Positions 30,800 through 43,453 of a stretch of 64,000 nucleotides of DNA are shown piece after piece. Both the position numbers and the translations under genes were made by a program. This DNA is from a cyanobacterium endosymbiont of Rhopalodia gibba (lineage in GTDB: Bacteria > Cyanobacteriota > Cyanobacteriia > Cyanobacteriales > Microcystaceae), in the NCBI GenBank assembly GCA_045159875.1, contig CP067995.1:2272001-2336000 (forward strand), given 5' to 3'. A model generated the notes under the pieces. It did no database searches. It was not told the DNA's origin and was given only the letters and a program-made list of their open reading frames with translations. Each line of letters opens with the position of its first letter. Within the stretch, counting starts at the first letter, position 1.

Positions 30800-31685
30800 A
30801 TTAAAACTGTATAAAATACTTTTTTAATAAAATCTGATATCTTAAGAAGAAGACAATTAAGTATTTTAACTAAATTAGTTATTTTTTTGAGCGTAGTCTT
30901 TGGAAACTTTATAAAAAATCAAAAATTAAAAAATCATTAACATTGAATATGTGACTCATCTTTCTATCCGATCAAAAGAAAAAATATTGATTTTGATGGC
31001 AGGTTTAAATCCTGATAAAACTATAATTTACCTAGAAATAAAAAAAATATTTTTATTAGTATTTAATAGAATATTTTTTTATTTTGTAGTCTTCTTTATG
31101 CATATTTTAATTTTTTTATTTAATTATTTAATCGACAAAAAACCATTAAAAATAGAAGTTATTGATTGCTTGACTAAAGTAAAAAAAATTCTTTAAAAAA
31201 GATTATTTGATGCTGACGAAACCTCAATTACAAATTGATATTAGTTTTTCACTCCATTTTCTCAAGCTAAAAATGGAGTGAATTTATATTAATGTTATTA
31301 ATTTTACTAAAAACAATAAATATCTTTAGCAAAATTAAACTACGAGCAGTTTTAAAAAACTAATATAACTTATAATAGAGACTATTATTATTTATTTGGT
31401 TTTGTATATAAATACAAACGATTATTTTACAAAACATACAACGTTAAAAAATAGAGAATATACATACTTTTATCTATTAATCTTGTTTTTTAAGGAGCAA
31501 TTATTTTAATTTATGCTTGATTGATTTTGGATTTTACTTTATTCAAGTTTATTTACCAGAATACAGTTAAAGCAATTAGATTATCAATGCATAATGATAA
31601 TATCTAGAGCAATTGATGTGTTGTATTTCTGGTGTGATAGCGATTGGCAAACTTGAAATAGTTGGTATAGCAGATATTTTTTACA
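30800..31685 (+). pseudogene. devC: DevC-type ABC permease, heavily eroded (only the C terminus is legible)
   Basis: 31616..31681 reads MCCISGVIAIGKLEIVGIADIF, resembling the DevC end MC.ISG.IA.RKL...DPADIF; lies between the devB and devA remnants. Confidence 0.6.
31248..31282. repeat. Perfect 13-bp inverted repeat in the devC remnant
   Basis: ttcactccatttt-ctcaagcta-aaaatggagtgaa. Confidence 0.85.
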
Positions 31686-31899
31686 AAATAGATAATTAGA
31701 AAAAAAGATATGATAAGTATTATTATAAATATCGATATTTTTTATTTATAAAAAATAAAACAAACGGATTTTATTTAATAGAGATTAAGTTTCAAAAAAT
31801 GGAAAAGTGGTAATTATTGAATAGAAATCTTAGTTTATAATAAATAACTTTGTTAACCTCAATGAGAGGATTTAAATTACTATAAATAAGTAGTTTAAA

Positions 31900-32229
31900 A
31901 GTTTTAATAGAGGAGTTAGTAGTAAATAAAAAATAGGTACTAAGTAACACTTAAGGTAATATTGAGCACGTCTTTCAATAAACATAATTTATGATATTTA
32001 TCATGTTTATTGACTTACATACGTCCTTTAGTTTTTTTTTACAAAAATATTTTTAGTTAATAAATTTACTGCTTACTTTTATAGCAAATATGGTCATAAT
32101 GTATTTGATTTAATATAACAATTAGCTTAAGTATAAGGCGGCACTGTTTTAAGTGTTACTTACGATAATCGGATTTTGGATATGGCTGCCCGTATTATTA
32201 AGCTAGAGTATGGATATCTAGTAACCTAA
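31900..32229 (+). pseudogene. devA: DevA-type ABC ATPase, C-terminal remnant
   Basis: KYGHNVFDLI*QLA*V*GGTVLSVTYDNRILDMAARIIKLEYGYL*, resembling ..GCTILLVTHDNRILDIADRII..EDG.L. Confidence 0.7.
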
Positions 32230-32337
32230 GCTGTTTAGTTTTAACTGTAGTCAGTCTGTAGCTTGGTAGAGTGAGTAAGAGCAATAGAATCTAAAAATCA
32301 TCAAGACAAAACGAAATTTTGTGTCTACCTTATAAGG

Positions 32338-33621
32338 TTACAGGATATCTCGTTTTAAATATTGTTGTAAAACATCAGGAATTTTAACAGTTCCATCAGG
32401 TTTTTGATAATTCTCTAAAATAGCAGCCATAGTGCGACCAATTGCCAACCCTGAACCATTTAAAGTATGGACATATTGAGTGCCTTTTTTGTATTTTTCT
32501 CTAAAGCGAATATTAGCTCGTCTTCCCTGAAAATCTCCACAATTAGAACAACTTGAAACCTCTCGATAGGTTCCTGAAGATGGCAACCAGACCTCTAAGT
32601 CATAACATTTATTCGCTCCAAACCCTAAATCACCCGTACACAATTCCAAAACTCGATATGGCAATTTTAACGCCTTTAAAATGGCTTCAGCGTTGTTCAC
32701 TAAACTTTGGTGTTCGGCCTCAGACGTTTGAGGATGAACAATCTTCACTAACTCCACTTTATTAAACTGATGAAGGCGAATTAGTCCACGAGTATCTTTT
32801 CCATAACTCCCTGCTTCCCGTCGAAAACAAGGGGTATAGGCACAATGTTTGATGGGAAGTTGTTCTGCTTCCAATATTTCCTCTCGATACAAGTTAGTTA
32901 AAGGAACTTCCGCAGTGGGGGCTAACCAGAGGTCATCTTCGCTGCATTTAAAGCTTTCTTCGGCAAATTTTGGTAATTGTCCAGTTCCTTCTAAAGAAAT
33001 ACTATTAATTAAGACAGGGGGCACCACCTCAACATAACCTACCTCTACCTGACGATCAAGCATAAAATTAACTAGAGTACGTTCTAGAGCTGCTCCTGCT
33101 CCTATTAGGGCGATAAAACGACTTTGTGCTATTTTTACCGCCCTTTCTACTTCTAAAATCCCTAATCTTTCGGCCACTTCCCAGTGGGGGAGAACTTCAA
33201 TCCTTGGTAAATATTCGTCTCCCCAGCGACGGATTTCTACATTTTCTGTCTCATTTTTACCTAGGGGAGTCGAGTCACTCGGAAGGTTAGGAAGTTGAAG
33301 TAATAAGGCTTCTATCTCAGCTTTTAATTCTTTTTCTCGGGGTTCTAATGCATTTATTTGTTTTTTTAAGTTATTTCCTTCAATTTTAAGGACTTTAATT
33401 TCTTCCCCTTTGAGTTTACTTCCACTTTTAATCTTCTGTCCAATGAGTTTCCCAATCTCGTTACTACGGGACTGTAATTGGGTTCGAGTAACCTCTAATT
33501 CTCGTGAAGCACGATCACGGTCTAAAATAGAACTTAAATCATATTCACTGTAACCACTGCGACGATTGAGACGTTCTTGAATATATTTTGGATTTTCTCG
33601 AATTTGTTTTAAGTCTAACAC
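32338..33621 (-). CDS. serS: Serine--tRNA ligase
   Basis: [39 protein letters not shown]. Confidence 0.98.
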   Translation of the reverse strand: MLDLKQIRENPKYIQERLNRRSGYSEYDLSSILDRDRASRELEVTRTQLQSRSNEIGKLIGQKIKSGSKLKGEEIKVLKIEGNNLKKQINALEPREKELKAEIEALLLQLPNLPSDSTPLGKNETENVEIRRWGDEYLPRIEVLPHWEVAERLGILEVERAVKIAQSRFIALIGAGAALERTLVNFMLDRQVEVGYVEVVPPVLINSISLEGTGQLPKFAEESFKCSEDDLWLAPTAEVPLTNLYREEILEAEQLPIKHCAYTPCFRREAGSYGKDTRGLIRLHQFNKVELVKIVHPQTSEAEHQSLVNNAEAILKALKLPYRVLELCTGDLGFGANKCYDLEVWLPSSGTYREVSSCSNCGDFQGRRANIRFREKYKKGTQYVHTLNGSGLAIGRTMAAILENYQKPDGTVKIPDVLQQYLKRDIL

Positions 33622-35069
33622 AGAAGATTCAACTCCTTAGCTCAAATTTTTCCTCTGTTAGGATAGCTGATTTTGGGCAATGTATTGGAATGATCTTTAT
33701 TTATTTTTAGACTCTAGGTTAAACAAGTAAAAAAGTTTTAAAAAAAACATAAATAGGCTAATACTTACCCCATAAAACTACTCTTTAATTATGGGGCATA
33801 AAATTGACAAGCATTAGCCTATTTTATATAGTACAAATATATTGTTTATTACTACTAAAATATTAAGTAAGATTAAAGTCTGAAATAACTGCAATGTGCA
33901 CACCCTAAATATTATACCATTTCCCGATTCAACTAAACTTACCCCTTTAAGAATATTTTAAACATAAATATTAAAAACTAAGCTATTATTAAAGCAATTC
34001 TCTCGGATAATTAATGAAACTTTATTTTTGTCGTGAACTTCTTCATTCTTCAATCTTTCTGATTTTATAATGGGAGAACGGCTAATAACTCCATTAGAAA
34101 GAATTCCGAGTATTCTTTACAAAACAATCATAAATAGATTTTCTAATAGTTTTCTAAAAGTTATTTTGGTAGTTCTATTTTAATTAGCAACAATACCAGC
34201 TTTTGGTTATTAAAGAATGTAAATATTTTTTCAGAATTATAGAATTAATTATTGCTACTAGCAATATTAGAAGTTCTAATTAAAGTTAGTAAGACTAGAA
34301 TTAAAAAAGCCAAATATAGACAAAAATAACAGTTTAAAACGATTAAGCATTTCTCGTTAAGAGTAGAGTATAATAGTTTACAAAAACTTTTTCTAAAAAA
34401 AAGTTAAATATAATAGCATTAGTTTTTTGATATTTCTAATTATTTTTTTGATAATTTTTTCTATGTTCAAATAGATTCCTTTGTGTCAAAAATATTTAAA
34501 TATAAATAGAACACTTAAATATCAGCATCGATTAACCATCAATCAGGAAATTAATTATGACATTGATTATGAAACAAGTCTTTGTTTCGCTATTGACTGG
34601 GCTATCTTAATTTGAGATAAAATCTAGTTTAGAAAAATCTAGTATAAGATACCCTCAAGAAACCTGCTTAGTTAATTATATGGTCACTATTGTTCTTGTC
34701 TTTTAGCTTAATTATTATCTTTTGACATAATCTTCAGGCACGAACTTATCCAGTAATTATAATAATTTTGTGATAGTTGATAACCATTAGTGGTCGGTAA
34801 CTATTAAATACAGTACACATCTTCTAGTTCTTATGTATAGGAGTGATTGAATGATTGTTTAATTTTTAAGTTTCTCGAGTGAGCTCAACATCGCACAAGA
34901 TTCTATATTTAGTTATGTTAAAGACTAGAGGCGCTCTGTTAAGAATGTTAAAACAATTATTTTTTCATTATCATAAATCTACTGATTCTCGTATGGCACA
35001 AAATAATGTTTATCGAGTATCTTGTACCAAGATTTAATTAAAATTAGTTTTGCTCGATTGTTCTTGTCT

Positions 35070-36122
35070 ATGAAATCACCAATTCTCCCTATCTATCCCG
35101 TCCTCTGGAATGAGGACAAAGTATTGCTCATTGATCAAACGTTATTGCCTCATAAATCTACCTTGCTAGAAATTACCCGTTATGAAGACATGGCTAAAGC
35201 CATTAAAACTATGATTGTCAGGGGAGCGCCAGCTATTGGGATTGCGGCAGCTTATGGTATGTGTTTAGGGGCGAGAGAGATTCGAACAAAACAAGTAGAT
35301 AAGTTTTTAATACATCTTGAAACTGTAGCCCAAAAACTGCGAGAGACTCGCCCTACAGCCGTTAATCTATTTTGGGCAATCTCTCTGATGCTAAGAACAG
35401 CCTATGAAAGTGTAGGAACAGTCGAAGAGATAAAAGAAATTCTACTGAAAACAGCTCAAACTATTCAAACAAAAGATTTACAATCTTGTCATAAAATTGG
35501 TCAGTATGGCTTAGAAGCGTTGCCTAGTAGTCCCCAACAATTAACTCTCCTTACTCACTGTAATGCAGGTGCATTGGCAACAGCTGGATATGGTACAGCC
35601 TTGGGAGTAATTCGTTCGGCTTGGACTAGGGGGAGATTAAAAAGAGTCTACGCGGATGAAACTCGGCCTCGTCTTCAAGGAGCTAAATTAACCGCCTGGG
35701 AATGTGCCCAAGAAGGTATTCCAGTTACTGTCATTAGTGATAACATGGCCGCCCACTGTATGAAACTTAAAAAAATTGATGCAGTGGTAGTGGGGGCTGA
35801 TAGAATTGCCGCTAATGGGGATACTGCTAATAAAATTGGGACATATGCTCTAGCAGTTGTAGCAAAAATGCACAGTGTGCCCTTTTTTGTTGCAGCCCCT
35901 TTATCTACAATTGACTTTGACTTAGAGAACGGAGATAAAATTCCTATCGAGGAACGTCATCCATCTGAAATTTACCAAGTAGGAGAGACTCAACTTTGTC
36001 CTAAGGGCGTTGATTATTATAATCCAGCTTTCGACATCACGCCAGCCAGTTTAATCGACGCAATTTTTACAGAAACAGGGGTTATTAAACCGAATGAACT
36101 TTTGATGCTCAAAAAAGGTTAA
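35070..36122 (+). CDS. mtnA: Methylthioribose-1-phosphate isomerase
   Basis: [44 protein letters not shown]; start placed at ATG 35070. Confidence 0.95.
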   Translation: MKSPILPIYPVLWNEDKVLLIDQTLLPHKSTLLEITRYEDMAKAIKTMIVRGAPAIGIAAAYGMCLGAREIRTKQVDKFLIHLETVAQKLRETRPTAVNLFWAISLMLRTAYESVGTVEEIKEILLKTAQTIQTKDLQSCHKIGQYGLEALPSSPQQLTLLTHCNAGALATAGYGTALGVIRSAWTRGRLKRVYADETRPRLQGAKLTAWECAQEGIPVTVISDNMAAHCMKLKKIDAVVVGADRIAANGDTANKIGTYALAVVAKMHSVPFFVAAPLSTIDFDLENGDKIPIEERHPSEIYQVGETQLCPKGVDYYNPAFDITPASLIDAIFTETGVIKPNELLMLKKG

Positions 36123-36325
36123 TTACCGTCACTAAGTGCACTTATAGCAATAGTTATAGTTATCTAATTGCTCAGACATTTTTCACTAAAGTGTTTGGTT
36201 AACTGTTGCGATTGTAGTTCTTCTGAACTGATTTTACAATCTAAATTTAGATGTGAGCTAAAAATATGAAACAATAAGAGAAATTTGATTAAATTCTGAA
36301 TAGCCAATCATCATAACGAAATTCT

Positions 36326-36847
36326 ATGTCCACTGTAACTAGTACTGATACGACTCAGACCTCTCAAGAGTTAAGTAAAGACAAACAAGAATCAATAGAA
36401 AATTTTTCCATTAAAACAACTTTTACAGTTCAAGAAATCCAAGAATTACTTCCCCATCGCTATCCTTTTGCATTGGTTGATCGCATTATTGATTATGTCC
36501 CTAGAGAAAAAGCTGTCGGAATTAAAAATGTGACCATTAATGAGCAGTTTTTCACGGGACATATTCCAGCTCGTCCTATTATGCCAGGAGTATTAATTAT
36601 AGAATCGATGGCGCAAGTTGGAGGGGTTATTTTAACTTTACTTCCTGAGATGAAAGGCCAATTTTTTGCCTTTGCAGGTATTGATAAAGTACGTTTTCGT
36701 CTTCCTGTAGTTCCGGGAGATCAATTAGTTATGACGGTAGAATTATTAAGTTTTAAACGGAATCGTATTGCTAAAATGAAAGGGCAAAGTGTAGTTGATA
36801 AACAAGTAGTTACACAAGCAGAGATGTTATTTTCTAGAATTGATTAA
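36326..36847 (+). CDS. fabZ: 3-hydroxyacyl-ACP dehydratase
   Basis: [31 protein letters not shown]. Confidence 0.95.
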   Translation: MSTVTSTDTTQTSQELSKDKQESIENFSIKTTFTVQEIQELLPHRYPFALVDRIIDYVPREKAVGIKNVTINEQFFTGHIPARPIMPGVLIIESMAQVGGVILTLLPEMKGQFFAFAGIDKVRFRLPVVPGDQLVMTVELLSFKRNRIAKMKGQSVVDKQVVTQAEMLFSRID

Positions 36848-37811
36848 CCACTGAAAATTTATAGTAGAAAACTTAAAATTTTAAGATAGACTAAAATCCT
36901 AGTGAATATACATAATTATTCTTATCAGTCATGCAACTATTAAAGTATTACTTAAATAATACAAATAAAAAGATAACGTTGTTCTTGTTGCTGCTGTCGG
37001 AATCCTAAATAATAGTTAAATTAGGACTAACGGTAATCTCAGTTAAGACAATACTCAAGATTTCTCCAGTCATTAAATTCTCGTCTGATCACAAAATTAA
37101 ATTTTCTATAGTTTGATTTATCGGTACTCAATCTCCGAATAATAACTGTTGAAGATTACATTTTAATATTTATCCCTGCATAAATCAATAATGGAGTAGA
37201 AAATACTAAAGTGACAACAGAGTTGAAAACTGCTTTATAGCTACTCATACTGAATCCAGTAACCGAGTTGATTACTAAAAAGTTAACAACAAAAAAATAC
37301 GTTCTTAATTACTTCCAATGAATTATTTTCAAAATAATCATAGTTTTATGACTATACAGCTGCCATTTTACATACATCTTATCTTTCTCTTTCTAAGGAA
37401 TCAAAAATATTATTAACAGTTACGTTCTATAAGAAATTTTTTGCGCGCTATACAATGGGTAAAGCTGATAAGTTTTAATGTTAAATTAATCGAGAAAATT
37501 ATTATTAAAGAGTGTCCAGATAAAAATATACTATATTCCTTTTCAGGATTTTTTGTAAAACTTGCTCAGGATAAGCTATTATCAAATACTTTAAGGAGAT
37601 AATTTTTAGTAGTTGGTTCAAGTTGTCTGTTTTGTCCCAAAAAAATTGACCTCAGATACTTTAACTAATTAGCATATTTCTCTTTGAACTTTCTCTGCTG
37701 TTAATGTCTAAGTACGTTGGGTATATTGAGAAGTCATAAGGTGCCCTGTAAGTAACAATGAGGTGACTTTTAACTTTAGGTTTATCAAGAGTTAATTATC
37801 TTATGAACCAC

Positions 37812-38225
37812 TATACAAGTTTCAACGGTAATTCATTAAACAATTAAATCCGATACATTAGAGAAAATACTGTATATAAGTCAAAATACGACGAGGTTGA
37901 TAATTATCTGAGATAGTAATCGTTAATATTCAAAAATAGTCAAAACCTCTCTTATTCTTTAATAATAACAGAGGGCAAGGAAGACTTACTAGTTAACCAT
38001 AAGTCGAGAGAAGGGTTTTAGGCAAATATGTATGAACTATCAGTCGAGTAAAAAAATCAACAAAACAGTTCTAAGTATTTTAACATTAAATATGAGAGAT
38101 GTTTTTAAGTGGGTCGTCAATTATTTCAAGAATAAAACACTTGTAAAATACAATTCTGTTAATTGATTTTACTAACTATTTATTTAGCTTATATTTATAA
38201 TAAGTAATTAATTGAAGTCCTTGTT
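37812..38225. mobile_element. Decayed MITE, family B copy 2; ends approximate
   Basis: aaatacgacgaggttga...gatagtaatcgttaa (37884) and ttttaagtgggtcgtcaattatttcaa...ttttactaact (38103) are colinear with 22933 and 23137; TIRs degenerate. Confidence 0.55.
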
Positions 38226-38251
38226 AATAGAGTCTTTAAAATAATTTTCAA

Positions 38252-38496
38252 AAAATATGTCCCCGGTATCTCAATAATTTATTGATCAAATCTTCCCTTA
38301 ACCAAAAAACAAGTTTCCAGTCATCTATGTTGCCCGAAGTTAACTTAAAAGCTAGTAATTCACCGCGGTTGTTTATATACTTTATACAATCCTACAGAAT
38401 TTTTGTCCCATCTAATTAAGTCTTCAAAAATTTTGTGTATTCTACTGTAAGATTCATGAAACCTATCGTAGTAGAATTGATAAAACTAATTAGTGT
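38252..38496 (-). mobile_element. IS982-family transposase remnant
   Basis: ISFINSTT / RIHKIFEDLIRWDKNSVG / INNRGELLAFKLTSGNIDDWK...KLLRYRGHI, resembling the IS982 DDE core (GELLAF.LT.GNVDDR...KLFGDRGYIS). Confidence 0.75.
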
Positions 38497-38822
38497 GATT
38501 TTTATTGACGAGCAAGAAAAACTCTTAAATGAGAAGCTAAATAGATTTTCAATATTAGTCAAAAAAAAGAGCCTATAAATTTATCAAACTTGTTAATTTT
38601 CAGCTTTAAAGTTTATTTATTTAGTATTTCACTAGTTATTTCTACATCACAAGTTCGATAAAACTTTAACAAAAAAGATGGTGCCTCTTTATAGTTTTTT
38701 GTTCTAGTAATAATCCAAGTTAACAACAGACGATATCTTTAAGATTACTTTTTGAAACTAAAAAAACTATATTTGATGTATTTATTATTAATATTTGACT
38801 ATATTTATTACGGATAGTATCT

Positions 38823-40211
38823 TTAGATACCTAGAAACAGTTGGGCCAAATTGAGATAAATGATAATTCCTAAAATATCAACAATAGTAGTAATAAAAGG
38901 AGCAGACATTAAAGCAGGATCTAAACCAAAAGACTTAAAAATATAGGGAAATGCTGCCCCAGCTGTTGCAGCAATTATAGTAATTACTAATAAACTTATT
39001 CCTACCGTCAAACCCACTTCTTGGTGTCCCAAAAATAAGAAAATACCAATGATAACTAATGGTCCTAAAACAATTCCCAATAATGCACCACTAATTAATT
39101 CACGAATAATAACACTAATAGGTTTTTTGTCCCTTAAAGCTTCTGTACTTAATCCACGAATAACAACAGTCGAAGATTGTGCTCCCACATTTCCTCCTGC
39201 GCCAATTAGTAAAGGGGTAAAAAAAGCTAGGGCAACAGCTTCATCTAATACCGCTTTATACTGACTTAGAATAATTACCGTTACTGAATTAGTTATTAAC
39301 AATAATAACAGCCAAGGAATCCGTTTTTTTACTACTTCAAACAGTCCCACTTGAAAGTAGTTATCTCCTTGAGATTCTACCGCTACCATTTTATAAAAAT
39401 CTTCAGTCGCTTCTTCTTGTATTATGTCAATAACATCATCAACAGTAATAACTCCTAAAAGATTTTCATCTTTATCCACAATTGGTAAAGCTAATAAGTC
39501 ATAACGTTGAATAAGTCTAGCAACTTCTTCTTGATCAGTATTAGTATAAGTATAAATTACATCCTGTGTCATGATTTCCCCCAAAGTTTGATCCGGTTCA
39601 GCAATAATTAAATCTTTAAGGGATAAAATGCCAATGAGACGTTTATTAGTATCCGTCACATAAATGTAATAATTAACTTCTGATTTATGAGCTAATGTTC
39701 TTAGTTTTTCTTGTACTTGGGTTGCAGTCAAATGTTCTTTAAAGGCAATATATTCAGGGGTCATAAGTCGTCCTGCATTGTCGCTTTGGTAACCTAATAG
39801 AAGAGCGGTGACCTCTCGTTCTTTTGGGGCAATTTGAGCAATTAACCTTCGGACTAATTTAGGGGGTAATTCATCAAATAATTTAGCCCGATCATCCGGA
39901 GACATATCATTAACAATAGCGATGGCTTCTTGATCATGAAATTCTTTAATTAATGATTGTTGTACTATCGGATCAAGATATTCATAAACATCTATTGCTT
40001 CTGATTTTTTCAAAAGACGAAAAGCTATTATCTGTAAGGTTTTTGGCAAGTCTTCAATTGCTTCAGCAATATCCACAGGTTGAACAGGAACAAGCAAAGT
40101 TTTAACCCCTTCATAATTTTTCTGCTCCAGTAAAAGTTGAAGTTGGACGCGAACTAATTCTCTAAGTTTACTATGAGAACCAATAGAAGTGGACGTATCA
40201 GCATTCATCAT
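38823..40211 (-). CDS. mgtE: Magnesium transporter MgtE
   Basis: N domain, CBS pair, GGNVGAQS, LDPALMSAPFITT..D. Confidence 0.96.
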   Translation of the reverse strand: MMNADTSTSIGSHSKLRELVRVQLQLLLEQKNYEGVKTLLVPVQPVDIAEAIEDLPKTLQIIAFRLLKKSEAIDVYEYLDPIVQQSLIKEFHDQEAIAIVNDMSPDDRAKLFDELPPKLVRRLIAQIAPKEREVTALLLGYQSDNAGRLMTPEYIAFKEHLTATQVQEKLRTLAHKSEVNYYIYVTDTNKRLIGILSLKDLIIAEPDQTLGEIMTQDVIYTYTNTDQEEVARLIQRYDLLALPIVDKDENLLGVITVDDVIDIIQEEATEDFYKMVAVESQGDNYFQVGLFEVVKKRIPWLLLLLITNSVTVIILSQYKAVLDEAVALAFFTPLLIGAGGNVGAQSSTVVIRGLSTEALRDKKPISVIIRELISGALLGIVLGPLVIIGIFLFLGHQEVGLTVGISLLVITIIAATAGAAFPYIFKSFGLDPALMSAPFITTIVDILGIIIYLNLAQLFLGI

Positions 40212-40585
40212 TATTAATACTCCTTTATTTATAGGTTTAGACTTTACTTAGTTTAAAGGCAAAACAGCTTATTTTCTTCGCAAATTATTTAAGCCCTGAT
40301 TATTAAGTTCCAATATTTTGTCTCTATCCTTTTTAAAAATTAAGAATTTTTATTTTTACAAGAATTCATGGTGATTAATTATTTTATTTTTTTACTTCAT
40401 TAACAAAAAATAAAACTCTCAGATGAAAATAAGGAAAATATTTTATATATTACGAATATCCTTGATTATGGTAAGATAGTAAGTGAAGGAAAACCTGATT
40501 ATGTCATAGTAAGGTATAGAATACAACCTTTATAAAAGTGGTTAGTCAATCCGAACTTTTTAGCAGATTTAGTAATGAATTAGGC

Positions 40586-41116
40586 ATGAAACATACCCTA
40601 TCTGTTTTAGTTGAAGACGAAGCCGGGGTTTTAACTCGAATTGCAGGCTTATTTGCTCGTCGTGGCTTTAATATTGAAAGTTTAGCTGTCGGTCCTACTG
40701 AAACAGTGGGAATCTCCCGTATAATTATGGTTGTCCCTGGAGATAATGACAGCATTGAGCAGTTGACTAAACAACTGTACAAGCTAATTAACGTCCTTAA
40801 AGTTAATAATATTACTCAGACTCCCTGCGTAGAACGGGAATTGATACTCGTTAAAGTTAATGCATCGGCCTCTAATCGTGTCGAAGTAATTGAACTAGCC
40901 CAGGTGTTTCGAGCTAGAATTGTCGACATTTCTGAGGAGACAGTTACCATCGAAGTAGTCGGTGATCCTGGTAAAATAGTAGCCATTGTCCAAATGTTAA
41001 ACAAATTTGGGCTTAAAGAAGTAGCACGAACTGGAAAAATTGCCCTAGTACGGGAATCTGGCGTTAACACAGAATATCTAAAATCCCTCGATGCAAAACT
41101 TCAAAGTTTTTCTTGA
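40586..41116 (+). CDS. ilvH: Acetolactate synthase small subunit
   Basis: [33 protein letters not shown]; start placed at ATG 40586. Confidence 0.95.
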   Translation: MKHTLSVLVEDEAGVLTRIAGLFARRGFNIESLAVGPTETVGISRIIMVVPGDNDSIEQLTKQLYKLINVLKVNNITQTPCVERELILVKVNASASNRVEVIELAQVFRARIVDISEETVTIEVVGDPGKIVAIVQMLNKFGLKEVARTGKIALVRESGVNTEYLKSLDAKLQSFS

Positions 41117-41316
41117 TAAATTGATTGGAGTAGGTTTTCCAATTGTTCCTCTCTACAAAGTTCAATCAGCTCATAGAAAGCCTCCAATAATTTTGCACAA
41201 CTATCTCCATGCATGGGGCTTAACCCCCAAACATCGTCGACCCAATCTTGTGGACGAATATCCTCAAAAATCAGGCGTTCTAGAAGTTGTTTGACTTCGG
41301 CTTTGGAAATGTTCAT
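41101..41316 (-). CDS. Small hypothetical protein
   Basis: [34 protein letters not shown]...; start uncertain; 16-bp convergent overlap with ilvH. Confidence 0.55.
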   Translation of the reverse strand: MNISKAEVKQLLERLIFEDIRPQDWVDDVWGLSPMHGDSCAKLLEAFYELIELCREEQLENLLQSIYQEKL

Positions 41317-41369
41317 TTTCGTTAAAAATAACTTCATTATTATCATAATGACCGAAAAAGTAGAGAGTG

Positions 41370-41746
41370 CAAGCCTCCAGTTCTTAACCATGAAGATAGG
41401 CTTGACAGGCCATTTATTGCAGCCTCACAAAATCTATACTAGCTTATATTGACGCCAACAAAATCAGCACTAAATGATAGTCTATAAATTTAGAGTCGAA
41501 GAAAGAAGCCATCAATATCAAGCCATTGGCGAGAACATAAGAAAAGTTGAATTTATCCGTAATAAATACTTACAATTCCAGAATATTCTAAATAGAGCAT
41601 TGGATACAATGGGCGGCACCGAACCAGCCCTCAGGTGTAAACGCTTGTAGAGACCGGTCCTTTACTATCGATGATTCACCGCAGTTATAGCAAGATAAAT
41701 CTTTAAAAAAGGAATTCCCCGAATCATATTTAGTGGCAAATCTTAA
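41370..41746 (+). mobile_element. tnpB: Internally deleted IS200/IS605 (TnpB) element; 58-aa mini-ORF at 41474..41650
   Basis: MIVYKFRVEERSHQYQAIGENIRKVEFIRNKYL (TnpB N terminus) fused in frame to NILNRALDTMGGTE (TnpB C terminus), followed by an omegaRNA-like tract and a degenerate right end. Confidence 0.7.
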
Positions 41747-42108
41747 TCCAACTCATATTGTTTTAAGTCTCTAAAAGAAACTATTTCTAATGCTCTGACA
41801 TGAGTTGCTTCGAGGATAATTCGGGGAGCAACTCCAACGTCAAAGGCTTCTTGCCAGCGTGACGCACACAAACACCAGCGATCACCTGGTTTTAACCCAG
41901 GGAAATTGTACTGAGGAATAGGAGTGCTAAGATCATTACCTTGAGACTTAGTGAACTCAAGAAAGGTTGAACTCATTTGGGCACAAACGACATGGACCCC
42001 ATAGTCTTGACCCCCTGTACGACAATAGCCGTCTCGATAATATCCCGTCATCGGGGAAGTGCAACATGCAATCAATTTAGTCCCCAAGACGTTTTTAGGT
42101 TCTGTCAT
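41743..42108 (-). CDS. DUF2237-family protein
   Basis: PMTGYYRDGYC, GNDLSTP, FPGLKPGDRWCLCA.RW. Confidence 0.9.
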   Translation of the reverse strand: MTEPKNVLGTKLIACCTSPMTGYYRDGYCRTGGQDYGVHVVCAQMSSTFLEFTKSQGNDLSTPIPQYNFPGLKPGDRWCLCASRWQEAFDVGVAPRIILEATHVRALEIVSFRDLKQYELD

Positions 42109-43279
42109 CTCCGTACTCCTATTCAGAGAATTACATCTGAAATGATCGTATCATATCAATATTAGTGTCATAAAATATGGATTAAACTTAATTCAAATAC
42201 ATTTGAATCAATTCATTATTCAGTTATCAGAAGATGTAAAAAGAATAATGAACTCCTCATGCTGAAATTTGGAAGTAAGTGACATAAGTAGTTCATTGGC
42301 AAAAAAATCATTATTTTATACAATTTTTGTACTGTAACAAAAGTCCTAACATCAGTCTTTAAAAAGATAGTGAACTTCTCATTTTATATTGATAAATTGA
42401 GCTTAATGGCGCTTATATTCATACTCTCAATGGAAAGTAATCCTAAAAAACTGATTTATTCTTAGAAACTAGAAAAATTTTTACTGTTATGGAAGACATC
42501 GTCAGGCAACATTATGGGCTATAATAAGCCGACTTAGTGAGGCTAGATTTATACTGCTAATGGTTATTTAATTCATTAATTTATACAGTCGAAAACCAAT
42601 TAATGGACCAATAAATATTAATATATCTAACGTTTCTTCATATTCATTGAAAATATTGAGCCAGTTAGAATGATTTGGCTAGCTAGTTAAGTTAAAGCTC
42701 GTCTGTTTTTGTATTTAGTCACTTAATGATATAGCTTCTCCAAATTATCAATAAATACTCTTAGATCTTGTTAAACAATTAAACTGCTATAAACTAGCCT
42801 ATCTTGATTTCTTTAATAGATTAGCTTTTAACTTTTATGAGTGTAAAGTTTGAAAATATATTTGCTAATCACTTAATTAAAAATTGTGGTTACACCCAAA
42901 AAATACTAAAAAAGCGATAAGAGAGAAAGATACAGATGATCAAAAAAATCTTTATATATTGGAAATTATAATTTATCAGAAAGTTTTATTAATGGTTAGT
43001 CTTTCAAAGGCTAAATCAGGTGTAGAAAACTAGTATTTTATCCCTAAATAAGATCATATCTATTTTTTTTATCATTAAATCTAATTTAATTAAGATAATT
43101 TAATTGGATTTAAACTTTCTTAAAAAAAACGAGTATAGATACTCATATCATAAAAAGGCTCTAATTCTAGACTAAATCTGTCTTAAAAATCAAACTTAAC
43201 TAATAAATTTAACTATTATGATGTTATCTATTGCCTTTTCAGCTTGCTAAATTGTAATCTTTAAATCAAAATAGCTTGT

Positions 43280-43453
43280 CTAGACTAGCAATGACAAAAT
43301 TATCATAAACAAAACCTAAAAGTCTTGCTTTGCAAGGTCTCCAAAATTATAAAAGCTTTATTCTTATAAGGATAAAGTTTTTGTAGTTATAGAATACTCT
43401 CAGAATGAGAGTTTTATAATTTATTGGCTGCCAATTTATCATCCCTAGTCTAG
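43280..43453 (+). mobile_element. 174-bp MITE, family A copy 2
   Basis: TIRs ctagactagcaatgacaaa / tttatcatccctagtctag with CTAG at both ends; colinear with 4410..4584. Confidence 0.7.

Noticed and set aside
30951..31196. 81-aa ORF
   Set aside because: Extremely AT-rich F/I/K/L composition within the eroded devC region; likely not a functional gene.
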